DNA of 64,000 nucleotides from the NCBI GenBank assembly GCA_950097015.1, contig CATNEN010000001.1, positions 14,074,001 to 14,138,000 of the forward strand, given 5' to 3'. The notes under the pieces were generated by a model, which saw nothing but the letters and a program-made list of their open reading frames with translations, ran no database searches and had not been told where the DNA came from. This document shows positions 1 to 13,669 of the stretch, piece by piece. This DNA comes from Macrostomum hystrix (taxonomy: Eukaryota > Animalia > Platyhelminthes). Numbering within the stretch: position 1 is the stretch's first letter; every line of letters starts with the position of its first letter. The translations under genes were made by a program, and so were the position numbers.

Positions 1-746
1 CAAATACTCAGCAAAAGTCAAAATTATTAGCACCCGTAACGAAAGTCATCGATTTATCGTTGCACCAAACATTCTACTTATTTTTGTCATTGCATGTAAT
101 CCATAAAGTTTTAAATAAAGACCAGCAAGGCAAAAATCATTATTTTTAAAGCATAAAAGTAACTTAAAAGAAAGGATGAAGCGAAAATAGTTCGCTAGAA
201 TATTTTTTTTAAACACATACTACATAAAAACGGCAAAACAGCGTTTAAATTTTGTAGGGTACGAAGTGCAATGCCTCACACCAGTATCTAAATGTTTTAC
301 TTTGTTTAGAGTTACATAAAGTTTCCGGAACATTTAACTTTTTCGACAGAAATCAACATGATAAATAATCGACCAATTTATAAATCTAATTGATGCAAAG
401 TCATTGCATTCTGTCGCAAAAGCAGTATAATCGCACGAGTTCAACCTACTGAAACATCGATTCAGTTAATTCATCTACAAATATTATATATTTTTAATAA
501 AAGTGTCTGAGCTTTCGTGTTCTGCTACAAAGTAGGGAAACCGTAAGACTTTCTGGTATATTAGGTCTTAATTTAATAATTCTCGAAAAACCAAGGTATT
601 CCAAATAATTAGCTACGAAACACATTATTTTCCTTTCTTGAAGATCGGCTCGATATTACCCGCAACTTACGTATGTAAACCGTAACGTACTCGTAGCGTT
701 CAAGTTTAAAAAAACAAAATCGTAATAAAGGTATAGGCTACTTAAT

Positions 747-1339
747 GAAAGTGAGGGCACAGAGAGAAAGTGAGGGCACAGAGAGGAGAGTGAGGGCACA
801 GAGTGGAGAAAGTGTGGGCACAGAGAGGAGAGTGAGGGCACAGAGTGGAGAAAGTGAGGGCACAGAGGAGAAAGTGAGGGCACAGAGAGGAGAGTGAGGG
901 CACAGAGAGGAGAGTGAGGGCACAGAGTGGAGAAAGTGAGGGCACAGAGGAGAAAGTGAGGGCACAGAGAGGAGAGTGAGGGCACAGAGTGGAGAAAGTG
1001 AGGGCACAGAGGAGAAAGTGAGGGCACAGAGTGGAGAAAGTGAGGGCACAGAGGAGAAAGTGAGGGCACAGAGAGGAGAGTGAGGGCACAGAGAGGAGAA
1101 AGTGAGGGCACAGAGAGGAGAAAGTGAGGGCACAGAGAGGAAAGTGAGGGCACAGAGAGGAGAAAGTGAGGGCACAGAGAGGAGAGAGTGAGGGCACAGA
1201 GAGGAGAGAGTGAGGGCACAGAGAGGAAAGTAAGGGCACAGAGAGGAGAGAGTGAGCCACAGAGAGGAGAAAGTGAGGGCACAGAGAGGAGAAAGTGAGG
1301 GCACAGAGAGGAGAGAGTGAGCCACAGAGAGGAGAAAGT
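747..1339. repeat. GA-rich minisatellite, ~20-22 bp unit (GTGAGGGCACAGAGAGGAGAAA)
   Basis: Directly visible tandem array; the repetitive minus-strand ORFs here are artefacts. Confidence 0.95.
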
Positions 1340-1342
1340 ATA

Positions 1343-1608
1343 CTACTGACATAGTCAGAGTCGATAAAATTACTAAAAAGTAAGAAAATGGTCATAACTT
1401 TTTCTTCAAAAGATATTGAGCTCGGACCGCCTAGAATGAATTTCCCGTCCAAAAATAGTTTAGAAAACATAGTACCTAATAGTATGGAAGCAGTAGCTAG
1501 CAATCGGCTAGGTACTTGAAATGTTTTCGCATGTATTTCGTCAAATTTTCTAGGTGACTTTCCAGGTTAATAAGTTCAAGTAGAAATCATTTGAAATCAT
1601 GAAACCAC
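1343..1608. repeat. Dispersed repeat segments also present at ~39722-39912
   Basis: Shared strings TACTGACATAGTCAGAGT, AAATTTTCTAGGTGACTTTCCAGGTTAATAAGTTC and GAAATCATTTGAAATCATGAAACCA at both loci. Confidence 0.7.
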
Positions 1609-1954
1609 AATCGTCAGATAGTACAATTATCGCTCTTAGTACAATACAACGGCAGCAAATCTATCGACGGAATTAACAACATCTGACGCTAAATCTACTG
1701 ACCTACCAGACAACGTCAGTCTCATCTCTCAAGATGAAGCAGTTTTCAAATAGGGTCCACTCAAAGTCGATACCGTCCTGCCTGTCAAGGCTTGTCATTT
1801 TGACGGGGGTACCACTGACAAAAGTGATTTCGGGATGCCCCTTAACTTTGATGAATTTCGATGGGATTTGATTCCCCGTATTCTGGGATAGACGTAGAAG
1901 CGATCCCTGTCGAAATCCGGGGTCAATAAGTAAGCCTGCGGCGTCGCATCACAC

Positions 1955-4043
1955 AGACTATACTTAATTATTACTATTGTAGCCAGATTTATAAACTTGA
2001 ACTGGAGCTTGTGGGCACCTATAGCCGTTTAGGAAAATTCAAGAAACCAACAATTGGTGCCACGCTTGGCCTCAACTACATGATTTTCGCACTACAAAGA
2101 CTACTTAATTACTATTGTAGCCAGATTCATAAACTTGAACTGGATCTTGTGGGCACCTATTGCCGTTTAGGAAAATTCAAGAAGCCAACAATTGGTGCCA
2201 CGCTTGGCCTCAACTACATGAGTTTCGCACTACAAAGACTATACTTAATTACTATTGTAGCCAGATTTATAAACTTGAACTGGAGCTTGTGGGCACCTAT
2301 TGCCGTTTAGGAAAATTCAAGAAACCAACAATTGGTGCCACGCTTGGCCTCAACTACATGATTTTCGCACTACAAAGACTACTTAATTACTATTGTAGCC
2401 AGATTTATAAACTTGAACTGGAGCTTGTGGGCACCTATTGCCGTTTAGGAAAATTCAAGAAGCCAACAATTGGTGCCACGCTTGGCCTCAACTAAATGAT
2501 TTTCGCACTACAAAGACTATACTTAATTACTATTGTAGCCAGATTTATAAACTTGAACTGGAGCTTGTGGGCACCTATTGCCGTTTAGGAAAATTCAAGA
2601 AACCAACCATTGGTGCCACGCTTGGCCTCAACTACATGATTTTCGCACTACAAAGACTATACTTAATTACTATTGTAGCCAGATTCATAAACTTGAACTG
2701 GATCTTGTGGGCACCTATTGCCGTTTAGGAAAATTCAAGAAGCCAACAATTGGTGCCACGCTTGGCCTCAACTACATGATTTTCGCACTACAAAGACTAT
2801 ACTTAATTACTATTGTAGCCAGATTTATAAACTTGAACTGGAGCTTGTGGGCACCTATTGCCGTTTAGGAAAATTCAAGAAACCAACAATTGGTGCCACG
2901 CTTGGCCTCAACTACATGATTTTCGCACTACAAAGACTATACTTAATTACTATTGTAGCCAGATTCATAAACTTGAACTGGATCTTGTGGGCACCTATTG
3001 CCGTTTAGGAAAATTCAAGAAGCCAACAATTGGTGCCACGCTTGGCCTCAACTACATGATTTTCGCACTACAAAGACTATACTTAATTACTATTGTAGCC
3101 AGATTTATAAACTTGAACTGGAGCTTGTGGGCACCTATTGCCGTTTAGGAAAATTCAAGAAACCAACAATTGGTGCCACGCTTGGCCTCAACTACATGAT
3201 TTTCGCACTACAAAGACTACTTAATTACTATTGTAGCCAGATTTATAAACTTGAACTGGAGCTTGTGGGCACCTATTGCCGTTTAGGAAAATTCAAGAAG
3301 CCAACAATTGGTGCCACGCTTGGCCTCAACTAAATGATTTTCGCACTACAAAGACTATACTTAATTACTATTGTAGCCAGATTTATAAACTTGAACTGGA
3401 TCTTGTGGACACCTATTGCCGTTTAGGAAAATTCAAGAAGCCAACAATTGGTGCCACGCTTGGCCTCAACTACATGATTTTCGCACTACAAAGACTATAC
3501 TTAATTACTATTGTAGCCAGATTTATAAACTTGAACTGGAGCTTGTGGGCACCTATTGCCGTTTAGGAAAATTCAAGAAGCCAACAATTGGTGCCACGCT
3601 TGGCCTCAACTACATGATTTTCGCACTACAAAGACTACTTAATTACTATTGTAGCCAGATTTATAAACTTGAACTGGAGCTTGTGGGCACCTATTGCCGT
3701 TTAGGAAAATTCAAGAAGCCAACAATTGGTGCCACGCTTGGCCTCAACTACATGATTTTCGCACTACAAAGACTATACTTAATTACTATTGTAGCCAGAT
3801 TTATAAACTTGAACTGGATCTTGTGGACACCTATTGCCGTTTAGGAAAATTCAAGAAGCCAACAATTGGTGCCACGCTTGGCCTCAACTACATGATTTTC
3901 GCACTACAAAGACTATACTTAATTACTATTGTAGCCAGATTTATAAACTTGAACTGGAGCTTGTGGGCACCTATTGCCGTTTAGGAAAATTCAAGAAGCC
4001 AACAATTGGTGCCACGCTTGGCCTCAACTACATGATTTTCGCA
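1955..4043. repeat. 140-bp satellite, ~15 near-identical copies (some 138 bp)
   Basis: Period of 140 visible in the sequence and in the ORF track (2438, 2578, 2718, 2858...). Confidence 0.97.
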
Positions 4044-4261
4044 TGTCAATGTCAATGTCAATGTCAAAAAAGCCAATAAATTTAATTAGCAGCTGAGCTT
4101 GAGCTCTGGTATTTGGGCAGATAATGTGTAACGCATGGAGGTCGCTAAAGGGGGTCAATCAGTTTGACCTAGATTAGAGAAGGGATCAATCAGCTTGACC
4201 TAGATTGTCATATGTCAATGTCAATGTCAATGTCAAAAAAGCCAATAAATTTAATTATTGG

Positions 4262-4455
4262 CTTAGATCGGGCAATCTTCAGCTGATCTGCAGACTTTAA
4301 ATATTTGAATATTATATATAGTTGAATATTTATAGTTGATTGTTGATTATTTATAGTTGAATATTATATTGAATATTATATATTCAATTAAATATTTATA
4401 ATTGAATTAATTATTTCAAAGTCCGCAGATTCAGCCGAAGATTGCCCGATCTAAG
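4262..4455. mobile_element. MITE-like element / foldback: ~40-bp imperfect TIRs around an AT-rich core
   Basis: CTTAGATCGGGCAATCTTCAGCTGATCTGCAGACTTT matches the reverse complement of AAAGTCCGCAGATTCAGCCGAAGATTGCCCGATCTAAG. Confidence 0.7.
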
Positions 4456-6134
4456 GCGTCTCAGTCTGAGAGTGTGGAATCTTCGGAATCTTCGCTGCGG
4501 CGCGACTGGCGGCGGCGGCGGCGCTTCTACCATATCATCTTCCACCATTTTTCTGCAATTGTGCATTAAATGCATTAAATGCAATTTAAAATTAGGAGGA
4601 AATTTAAATTAGGAAAATAGAATTCCAACTTAAAAGTAGGATTAAAGGAATTATTTCGAAAATTAGAATGATGATTAGGAGGCAATGAAAGTTGACAGTT
4701 TCCCCGAGCGAGAATTTTTTTATAAGTGAGCAATAACAATAATGTGTTGTAAAGCATGCTCTGTGGAAAAGTTGGCTCATTTAAATGAGCATCGGAAAGT
4801 CATAGAATTAAAATGAGATTTTATACGACCGAGCAACAAACAGTTATGAAACGACTTGCTTTCTAGGAAAGATGGTTTCTACACCGTTTGTTATGAGGGA
4901 CCATTTAAATTAACGTTTCGCGGTCAATTTCTATGAAGACAGGGGTACGTCGGTCAAGTTATAAATTGCTTGTTTCACAGTAAAAAGCGAGGCATAATGT
5001 GAAAGCGGAGAATATTGAAATTTAGCAGAATACAGTATGCTGTAATGTGCAGAGCTGGACAAGTGTTACTGCTAATCACAGGCTTGGGCTTTTAAATAAA
5101 AGATCAAATAAAATAAGGGGAAGAAATAAGAGAATTGGAACCAAAGTCTAACATCTGTCATCTATAGGGTAATGTATCATCAACCCAACAAGAATGTGTA
5201 TTTTTTAACTTCGAACCTAAGCTACAGATTTTCTATTTAAGATATGATGATAAATCAAAAGCCAAGTTATAGAAAACAGTTACATCTTTCTAAAAAGTGG
5301 CTGCTTTTGCTATTTTGTCAAATAGAAAAAAGTTATTCCTGTTTTTCATCTAAAACCGAACAATGATTTTCATGTATCTTCAAACCAAATGGAGAAGTTG
5401 GTGTTCGGTTTTACAATTTGAGTGAGTGGTTTAATCTTATTTTGCCATATGAAGTGCTGTCAAAGTGTAGACTACAATTCTGTGTAAGCTAGGAGGATAG
5501 GAATGTGAGTGAATAGGAATGGGAGGAAGGGAAAAGGATCCCTGTGGCCCTGTGGCACTTGGGTGCCGCAGCCCCTCATGCAGCAGCTACATGAGTTTAA
5601 TACTCTGGCACCATCTATTTGCTGCTGAGCATAGCTCACACAGGTGGGAAACATTGGCAACTAAAGAAATTTCTGCTACATCTTTTTAATGCCATCCAAA
5701 CAAAAATAACTGCCTATGTCCCATAGCTACTGAACTTGAGCTCTGAGTGAGCATGGTCAGGTTTATTAAATGTTTCTTGTTTTTTGGTGGGGTCACATTT
5801 TTCACATTGCTTGCATGGGGAGTAGGTTATCTAGGGAATATAAGATCTATGGACACTGACCTATTAGGACAGGGTTGGTAACCATTTTTATCTTGTAGGC
5901 CAGATAGAGATTTGAGCACATGGGTCATGGCTCATAAACACATGGAAGAAGTGGAAGTGTAAGTAGAAGAGTAGAAGCTTAGAGGGTGGAGTGGAGAGGA
6001 GGCTGCATTGGGTGGGGTTGGGGTTGGGTTTGGTAGATTTGGGCTAGATTTAGTAAGCCATACAAGTAAAGTATGGGGTAGATATCTGCTCCTGTCCTGT
6101 CTGTCTACCTGTCTGTCTGCCTACCTGCCTGCCT

Positions 6135-6449
6135 GAGGGCACTGGTCCCCTCTATAACAGGGGGGCACTGACCCCTCTCTAGCAGGGAGGGCACTGATCA
6201 CTCTAGCAGGGAGGGAACTGGCCCCTCTAGCAGGGAGGGCACTGACCCCTCTCTAGCAGGGAGGGCACTGATCACTCTAGCAGGGAGGGAACTGGCCCCT
6301 CTAGCAGGGAGGGCACTGACCCCTCTCTAGCAGGGAGGGCACTGATCACTCTAGCAGGGAGGGAACTGGCCCCTCTAGCAGGGAGGGCACTGACCCCTCT
6401 CTAGCAGGGAGGGCACTGACCCCTCTCTAGCAAGGAGGGCACTGACCAC
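6135..6449. repeat. Minisatellite, ~24-26 bp unit (CTCTAGCAGGGAGGGCACTGACCC) with a 3-unit higher-order pattern
   Basis: Visible tandem array. Confidence 0.9.
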
Positions 6450-7464
6450 TTTCCAATCCCACGATCCCCTTTCCAATCCCATGATCTCAATTCTAATCTC
6501 ATGATCTCAATTCTCTCCTCTCTGCCCCTCACTCCCTCCTGTCTGCCCGAATTAAACAATGAACAATATAAGCAATCCACAATACGAAAATAGTCAATAA
6601 TATAGTCAACAAAATTAGCCATTTTTAATAAAAGAAACGAAATAATGATGTTTAGTTGTTCCTTGGTCTTTAATAAAGAGGAGAGTTAGGGAGAATGCGA
6701 TGAGAATATGTTCTTCTCAGAGTTATTCTGTTTTTCTCAATCTCAGATAGTCTTTGCAAATCTCAACGTTATAAAAATAAAGATGTACTGAAGTTTATTA
6801 GATTCGATAAACAATTTTCTTTCTTAGTAGAATCAACAAGTACACTGTCTAATGACAAAATAGTTTGAGAGTCGAGACTGAACGAGCGTCTTTTTCTGGT
6901 CTTGTGTTAAATAGATGGTGTGATATGCAGGACACCATAATAGGCAAGCCAGGAGCCTCAAGACAGAGAGGACACGCAATTATGGGGTTTGGGAAATGGG
7001 GTGGGTGTCATTAAATGAATCACAGCGAATCGCACGCGAATATGGGGTTTTGGGAATGGGGTGGGTGTTAAATGACTGACAAATATTTTTGGTTTGGAAG
7101 GATCGATAAATTAAACGGCCGTTAGTTTGGCTCGGTGTGAGAAGGGTTTAGTCAAAGGACCCCTATATAGCAGCATCTGCACTGGAAGCTAAACGGAAAA
7201 GTTTAGTTAGTAGTCAAAATTAGTAGTTATTTGCAAGGACTACTAGAGTAGAAGGACGCGACACTTAAAGACTGTAAATTTTATTAAAGGCCACTTTTCT
7301 AAGCGATGTCTTTGTTAAACGGATGCACATAGAAATTTACTTTTTTCGCTGGGACCTTCGAAATTTATTGCCCTTGAAGATAAAATACATTTGCGTCTGG
7401 ATAAACATATTTTTTAAACTCGCTAATCTGATGGCCCCTGCTACCCCACCACCCCTGCTACCCC

Positions 7465-7700
7465 TGATGTGGGATAACTGCTGATGTGGTATAACTGCTG
7501 AAGTGGGATAACTGCTGCACTGGGAAAACTGCAGAAGTTGAATTACTGATGAAGTTAGATAACTGCTGACATTGGATAACTGCTGAAGTAATATAACAGG
7601 TTATGTGGGATTACTCCTGAAGTGGGCTATCTGATGAAATGGGATTTCTGCCGACATGAGATAACTGTAGATGGGGGATAACTGGTGAAAGGGGATAGCT
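7465..7700. repeat. Degenerate 19-bp minisatellite (GATGTGGGATAACTGCTGA-like)
   Basis: Visible tandem array. Confidence 0.8.
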
Positions 7701-8468
7701 GCTTAAAGGGATATCTGACGAAGTGACGAATTTAGTTAGTGACGAATTTTTGAATAACTGAATAACTCGGGGCGGCTTAATTGCTAGTCACATTTTAAAA
7801 TTAAAATTTGGACTGGAAGCGGAGCTCATTTCTTCCTTTTTTCTAAGACTTGTGGCCAATGAAATTGCCCGATTTACACAGGGGCAGGGCAGATAGACAG
7901 GATCAGGCACACATAGACAGAAAATAGCGTATTTATTTGTTGGCAGAAGCCAGAACTCACCAGAAAGCGATGCCCCCACGGTGGCGGCATAAATCCAAAA
8001 GTTCTGCAAAATACAAGGCCTTCTGGCAATTGAATTGATTTAGAGAATTCCATCATTAGCTGTGAATCTGACAAAAAATTAACTCACCCTCAGCAATAGG
8101 CCGTCAAGCTTCTGAGCTTTACCTGCTCCATTAGGAGCAGGTAGGCTCGCACGCTGTCTCTCTGCAAATTTTAAAAACAAAAAATATAGAGCAAGGACGA
8201 AGGACGGTTGTTAGTACAATCCTGTATAACTGATAAACGGGGATAACTCATGAAATGGGATAACTAATGAACGGGGATGATTGCATGATAAAGTCAATAA
8301 CTGAAGAAGTGGGATTTTGGAGAAGGATTTGGGATCAGAGAAGGACTTTGGATCTGGGATTAAAGCTGTAAATCCCAAAACCCCGAATCAACGAATAAAT
8401 GCATATTTCTGCTATTGACTGCACTGAAGAATTAATTTATAAAGTTAGGAGGGTCACTGTCAACAGCA

Positions 8469-9032
8469 CTATTTAAAGGCACAGAAACTCACATTCATCT
8501 TCCAATTTCGCCACTTGCGGCCTCCCCGATGATGAGGGCGGCCGCGGCGAATCTGCTGCTGGGGATGGGGGGGAGGGTGGGCTGGGCCTGGGTTGGGTTG
8601 GGGAGTGATGGGACGGGCTGGACGGGGGGTTGGCCGACTGGGGCAGGGGTGGTAAGGGTGGGTTGTGGGCCTGGGTTGGGTTGAGAAGGGATGGGGCGGG
8701 CTGGACGGGGCGGTTGGCCGACTGGGGCAGGGGTGGTGAGGGTGGGTTGTGGGCCTGGGTTGGGTTGAGGAGGGATGGGGCGGGCTGGAAGGTTGGGTTG
8801 GGCGGGGAGAAGAGGGCGGACTGGGGCAGGGGCAGGCTGGGTCGGGATCGGGGGGGGAGCGCCGGCCACCCGGGCATATGAAGCCCTGGTGGCCGGCCTG
8901 GACGGTGGCGGCGAAGGCGGCGGCGTTGGCGGTGGCGGGGGGCGGGGCGGGGCCCGCAAGGGACGGGCGTCGGCCCGACCCTTTTTTCGGCCGGCCGATT
9001 TTTTCTTTGATGCCTGAAATTATGTATTGCAA
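8469..9032 (-). other. GC-rich, internally repeated Pro-rich region; possible exon of an unidentified spliced gene
   Basis: Open in several frames; GTGAGT donor-like sites near 8490 and 8085; no recognisable domain. Confidence 0.25.
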
Positions 9033-10347
9033 AACTCGTTAATCACGCAAATTATGTTTCTTGGAAATTAACAAACATGATTCAAGGAAGTGTTGTACCA
9101 GTAAACTAACGGTGAGGTAGCTATAGCAGTATATGTAAGTTATAGGTGAGTTTGTCAGTTCAAATATTACCTGGCCTCTTTGGACACATGAAAGAGTTTT
9201 TCTTTTCTAAGAAAATACCAAAACTTTGCCACTTAATAGCTTTATTGGTTAAGATAATCATACTTGATTTTCTTCATCAAATTCTTAAATATTTACTAGT
9301 AAGTTTAAATTTTACTCTAAAAGTTGGGTAAAGTCTATCACTTTAATATACCAATGATCTAATATCATGCATAGAAGGACAATTAATTTGGTTTCTGCAT
9401 TAAAAAATTCGCAATAAAGTTTTAATATTTTTATATTAAAAATTAGATAGAAAGTCAGATACAACAAACAGTAGTAATGTAGGATCACATATATATATCA
9501 TTTGTGTGAATTATCTGTGAGTTTCTTGTAAACATTTGCTATAGCATAGCTATAGCTATGCCCTATGTGAATCTTTAAAAAATTTAAGTCTCTTTTGAAG
9601 AGGACAGAACAGAAGTAGCTAGTCCTATATGAAGAAACAAATTTCTTAGCTTAAATTTAGCTAATATATGATTTTTTGGAATAAATGTTACAATTACAAC
9701 CCTATTTGGCTAGAGGAATTCTTTCAGTTTAAGGATGGAATAAATAAATATATTTAGACATAACTAGCTATAATCAGTGCTGCTGTTGTTGTCATAGACC
9801 ACATTGAACACATATGAAAATATTTTTTTGTAATGGAGTGTGTGCTTTTGATTTACATGTAAAATATAATAGATATTGTTAATTTTTTAACTGGAATTGG
9901 CTCTCTATTGTAAACATTTTATAATGCTAAAACACAAGGATCTCACCTTGTATAGTAGCAAAATAGCTGTATACAAAAGATTATCAGGCACACCAGATGG
10001 CAAATATGGATCTCAGATTTAAATAGTGAGTTGACAGCTGACCCTACCTATATTTTTATCCATTTTTGCCAAGCGAGAAGGTTTCCAGAAGTGCCCATAG
10101 ATTTTGAGTGCAAGGTATTCAGAGCTTTGGTCAATTTTTAAGACTTTAGCTTCACAGCACTATGTTAAATGCAAGTGGTTAAAATGAATACAGCACATAA
10201 TAGCTATATCAATCTACATTAAAAAGCTTTCTACTGAGGCTTACAACACTTCTAAAGAGTGCAATGTACATTATCCTCATTGATTTTAATAGCACATCTA
10301 TAAAGTGCAATATACTGACTGTTTTATTTAACAATTTGCAGTCTAGT

Positions 10348-11472
10348 CTATCTAGGAAAAAGATGGACTGTCCTACTGTTTGGCTGTTGTGAGATAACAT
10401 GTTCTTCAGCAGCACTTTGCTGTGTCATATGTGACAGGCTTGGTAATGAAAATTGTAAAGGTACCTGAGGAGGTACTTGAGACTCAGATATCTGTATTTC
10501 TTGTGGCAATAGCATACCTGGGTAATAATTCTGCGAAAACTGAGCAAGACGTAGGTGACTATGTATTACTTGATTTTGAGAACTTCTAAGTTGCTGCAAA
10601 TGAATGTCTTCTAAATAAGCGTCTGGATTTTGGAATAAATTGTCAATACTATTGATTTTTGAAGTAGTATTGTTGAGACTGGTAATATCATTGACATTAC
10701 TTTGTGATGCTTCTGCACTTTGACTACATTCTTCATTGAGGCTTATCTCAGCCTCAGCAGCATAGTCATTTTGCTGTGTAGCCACTATTGCAGAATCATC
10801 ATTACCATTTGCACTAGTACCTTGCATGCCAACAAGCAATGCTTGATTTTGGTTTGCCAGAGTACCTTCTGTGCTAACTGTAGGTGCTACATTTCTCTCA
10901 TTCCATTCTGAATGAGACCAGAATTTCACTTCACCATGATCCGAAATTGCCTGAAATTGTGCAACACATTGCTGTTGGTTAAGATTATGGGGTGAAGAGA
11001 AGTTGGGAATAAAACGTCCTGGCCCTTTCTTCTGACCTGTAGCTAAATCAGAAGCTATAAGTGCCCATTGAATTGCACCAGAGTTGCCTGCCCTTTCATA
11101 AGCGTCCTTAGCTATTTTACTAAGCTCCTTGCGCATGTAGACAACACCCTTTTTAATAATTTCTTCAAAATTTCCTTCTGTTTGAGGAAGCTGCTGCAAA
11201 TTTTGAAGCCTGTGTTGCGCTTGCTTATCTGCTCTTATAAAATCAACAATAGAACTACATGCTTCTTGGACCTGTCCACTCAAAGTGCCAGTGACATCTT
11301 TAGAACAGTGATAAATGGCTCTGTCATGTTCAGTAATTCTAATAACAATGTAAGTTTCTTTATGTTTGTCCAAGTCCTGAATGATTCTTTTAATTGGGCG
11401 AGGTCGATTTTTAGCAGCTTTTCTTAGTCGTTCTTTTTTTGCTATACTTAGACCCCTATACTTCTCTAGCAA
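10348..11472 (-). CDS. Uncharacterised protein, probably a large terminal exon (basic N-terminus, Q/S/N-rich C-terminus)
   Basis: 374-codon ORF in AT-rich DNA, preceded by an acceptor-like TTCATTTCAG; no domain recognised. Confidence 0.55.
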   Translation of the reverse strand: MLEKYRGLSIAKKERLRKAAKNRPRPIKRIIQDLDKHKETYIVIRITEHDRAIYHCSKDVTGTLSGQVQEACSSIVDFIRADKQAQHRLQNLQQLPQTEGNFEEIIKKGVVYMRKELSKIAKDAYERAGNSGAIQWALIASDLATGQKKGPGRFIPNFSSPHNLNQQQCVAQFQAISDHGEVKFWSHSEWNERNVAPTVSTEGTLANQNQALLVGMQGTSANGNDDSAIVATQQNDYAAEAEISLNEECSQSAEASQSNVNDITSLNNTTSKINSIDNLFQNPDAYLEDIHLQQLRSSQNQVIHSHLRLAQFSQNYYPGMLLPQEIQISESQVPPQVPLQFSLPSLSHMTQQSAAEEHVISQQPNSRTVHLFPR

Positions 11473-13669
11473 TGCTGAAGTCCAAGCTGAAATGAAGAGG
11501 TATATGATATTAAAAATATTTAAACAAGATTTCCACTACTAGGCTTTTGTCCAGAACTGCAGAATTAAAAGTGAGGCCATGCTTAAGTTAATCTCCCCTT
11601 GACCTAGGGGGAGAGAACAACACCATTACTGAATTAACTGTTTAAATAAAAAAATGAAAAATTAATACCCAAACCAGCATTATCCATGAAAGCATATTTA
11701 CGAAGTTTTTAAGGCAGTCACCCATTTTTTAGAAAACTAAGAAAGCTGCCCTTTTCTTTTTTTCCAGTCAGCTGTACAATTCTGAATAAAAACCAAGTTA
11801 GTAGGTGCAGAAATGCCCAATTCCTTTAAGTCTTACTGTATATAAAACACTTACTAGCACAGCCTTTCTTTCGAAGAAATTCATTGCCGCTAGTAGGTCC
11901 CATCTAAAATTAAGTTTTTAGCAATATGTAAATCACATGTCTGTCACATGAACTATTTACCTACTCTTCATTGGCAAAGTATATATTTTTGGAGAGTCTA
12001 TAGGCATGTCAAGTAATACCATATTATAGGGCCACAAAATGGTCAAGTTAGAAAATCCAAAACTGTAACATGTCACCATTGCTATTAATAGGAAAAAGCA
12101 TAAAAATTTCATGAAATACAATTTCGAATTCTTAACTTGAAAATTAGTTCTACTTTGAAACTTTTTCTTCAGGAATTATTTAGCATGGGCATGGTGAATT
12201 TTTTGGTCTTGGAACAGCTATTTAAGTATTCTATAGCTACCAGTGGGACTGATATATTCATTTCCTTGAAGGTACTCTTAACAGGCCCTAGTCAAAACAC
12301 ATGCTGCACACATTTCACAAGCTTTGAGTTTTTTCAACTTTTAAAGAGGTAATCACAGTTTAGTCATGGTTTTCAGTTTTTGCACTAAATATTGATATTA
12401 TTAATACATTTTCCACAAACATTTCCAGCCTGCCTTGCTTGCTGCCTGACTGTTTGCTTGTCAACATTATGTACTCTAATGGACGACTAGGTCTATGCTG
12501 TCAAACTGCCATTGTCTGGTTCTAGGCAAGCCTCAAGTTACTGCAATACTTTTGCTCTCAGAGCTAGCTACTATCAGCCTGCAGCTCGACTCTTTGGACG
12601 AGCGTGAGTTAATATCTATAAAAATATTGATTGCTTCTGTGAAAGTTACAGTTCAATGTGAATTCAAATGCAATGGCCCTCATTTTTTATAAACAGGTGT
12701 TTTGGCCCATATGGTCCCATTCTATTAATGCTACATGCTAATACCAATAATTAAACGAGGACTCGATTCCATGTGATTCTCAGATTCTCCTCTCTGCATC
12801 AGCCTCGAGGAGACATGCCCGCTATGGTCAGGCATTTTCCTTATATTTAACACACTGACTTTGACAAATAGAGGCTGTTCCTGTTTCTAACTTTCAATTA
12901 CATTCAAATTCTGCCGCTTTCCACAGTGCTTTTTTCATCTGCTCTCTCTCCCGATCTCTCCGTCATTCCCCTTTTCTCCTGCGCCAGATGCAGAGTAAGA
13001 ACGGCTAACAGTTGATACTACTCCTCATCTAGTAGTCTGTGTCGCAACTTTTCTGTATTGGTTTGACTGAAATATTCACTTCCTTGAAGGCACTCTTAGC
13101 AGGTCATAGCCACAGGCCACAGGGCATGTTACATATTTCTCCGGGCTGCAGGTGTGGGTGCACTGATTAAGAGTTGGACTATCTAAGATTTGACACCTTG
13201 ATATGTTGGGTTACCGGTAACATACTGGTAACATTACTGGTAACATATGGGTTACCAGAAATCTGCCTAACACAGGGGAAATAGGAGAGCGTGCATTTGA
13301 ATGGGAGAGGGTGGCCTATCCTCTGCATATAGGATAGGTGACGCTGTGACGATCTATGTGGCTGAGGGGTTGGAGCCCCATTACAATTACTCATCAGAAT
13401 TCTGAGCACCAAAAATTAGCGAAAATTATCAGCATGAGCTTGCCGTGACACCCGAGACAGTAATGACCCCTGGAATGGATTTCTAGGCTATGTATGCCAC
13501 TGTTTAGATCTGCATGAAAAGCTTGTTTAGCAGGCAGCATTAATGAGCTATTTGACTTACTTGACTTAGCGGCAGGGGGCCTCCATGACGGACGCAGCGA
13601 GGAGGCGGCTGTTGCCGCCCATATCGCTAACCCCTGGCAGCCAGACGGCCTCCAGCGAGGCGGTGCCGC

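Noticed and set aside
656-4079. Numerous ORFs in the minisatellite and the 140-bp satellite; array superficially CRISPR-like
   Set aside because: The ORFs simply mirror the repeat period; there are no unique spacers or cas genes, and the context is eukaryotic
13595-13610. GCCUCCUCGCUG in the LINE 3' UTR resembles HDV P3/L3
   Set aside because: No P1, P1.1 or J4/2 partners; the bases are used in the covarying 3' stem and differ in copy 2
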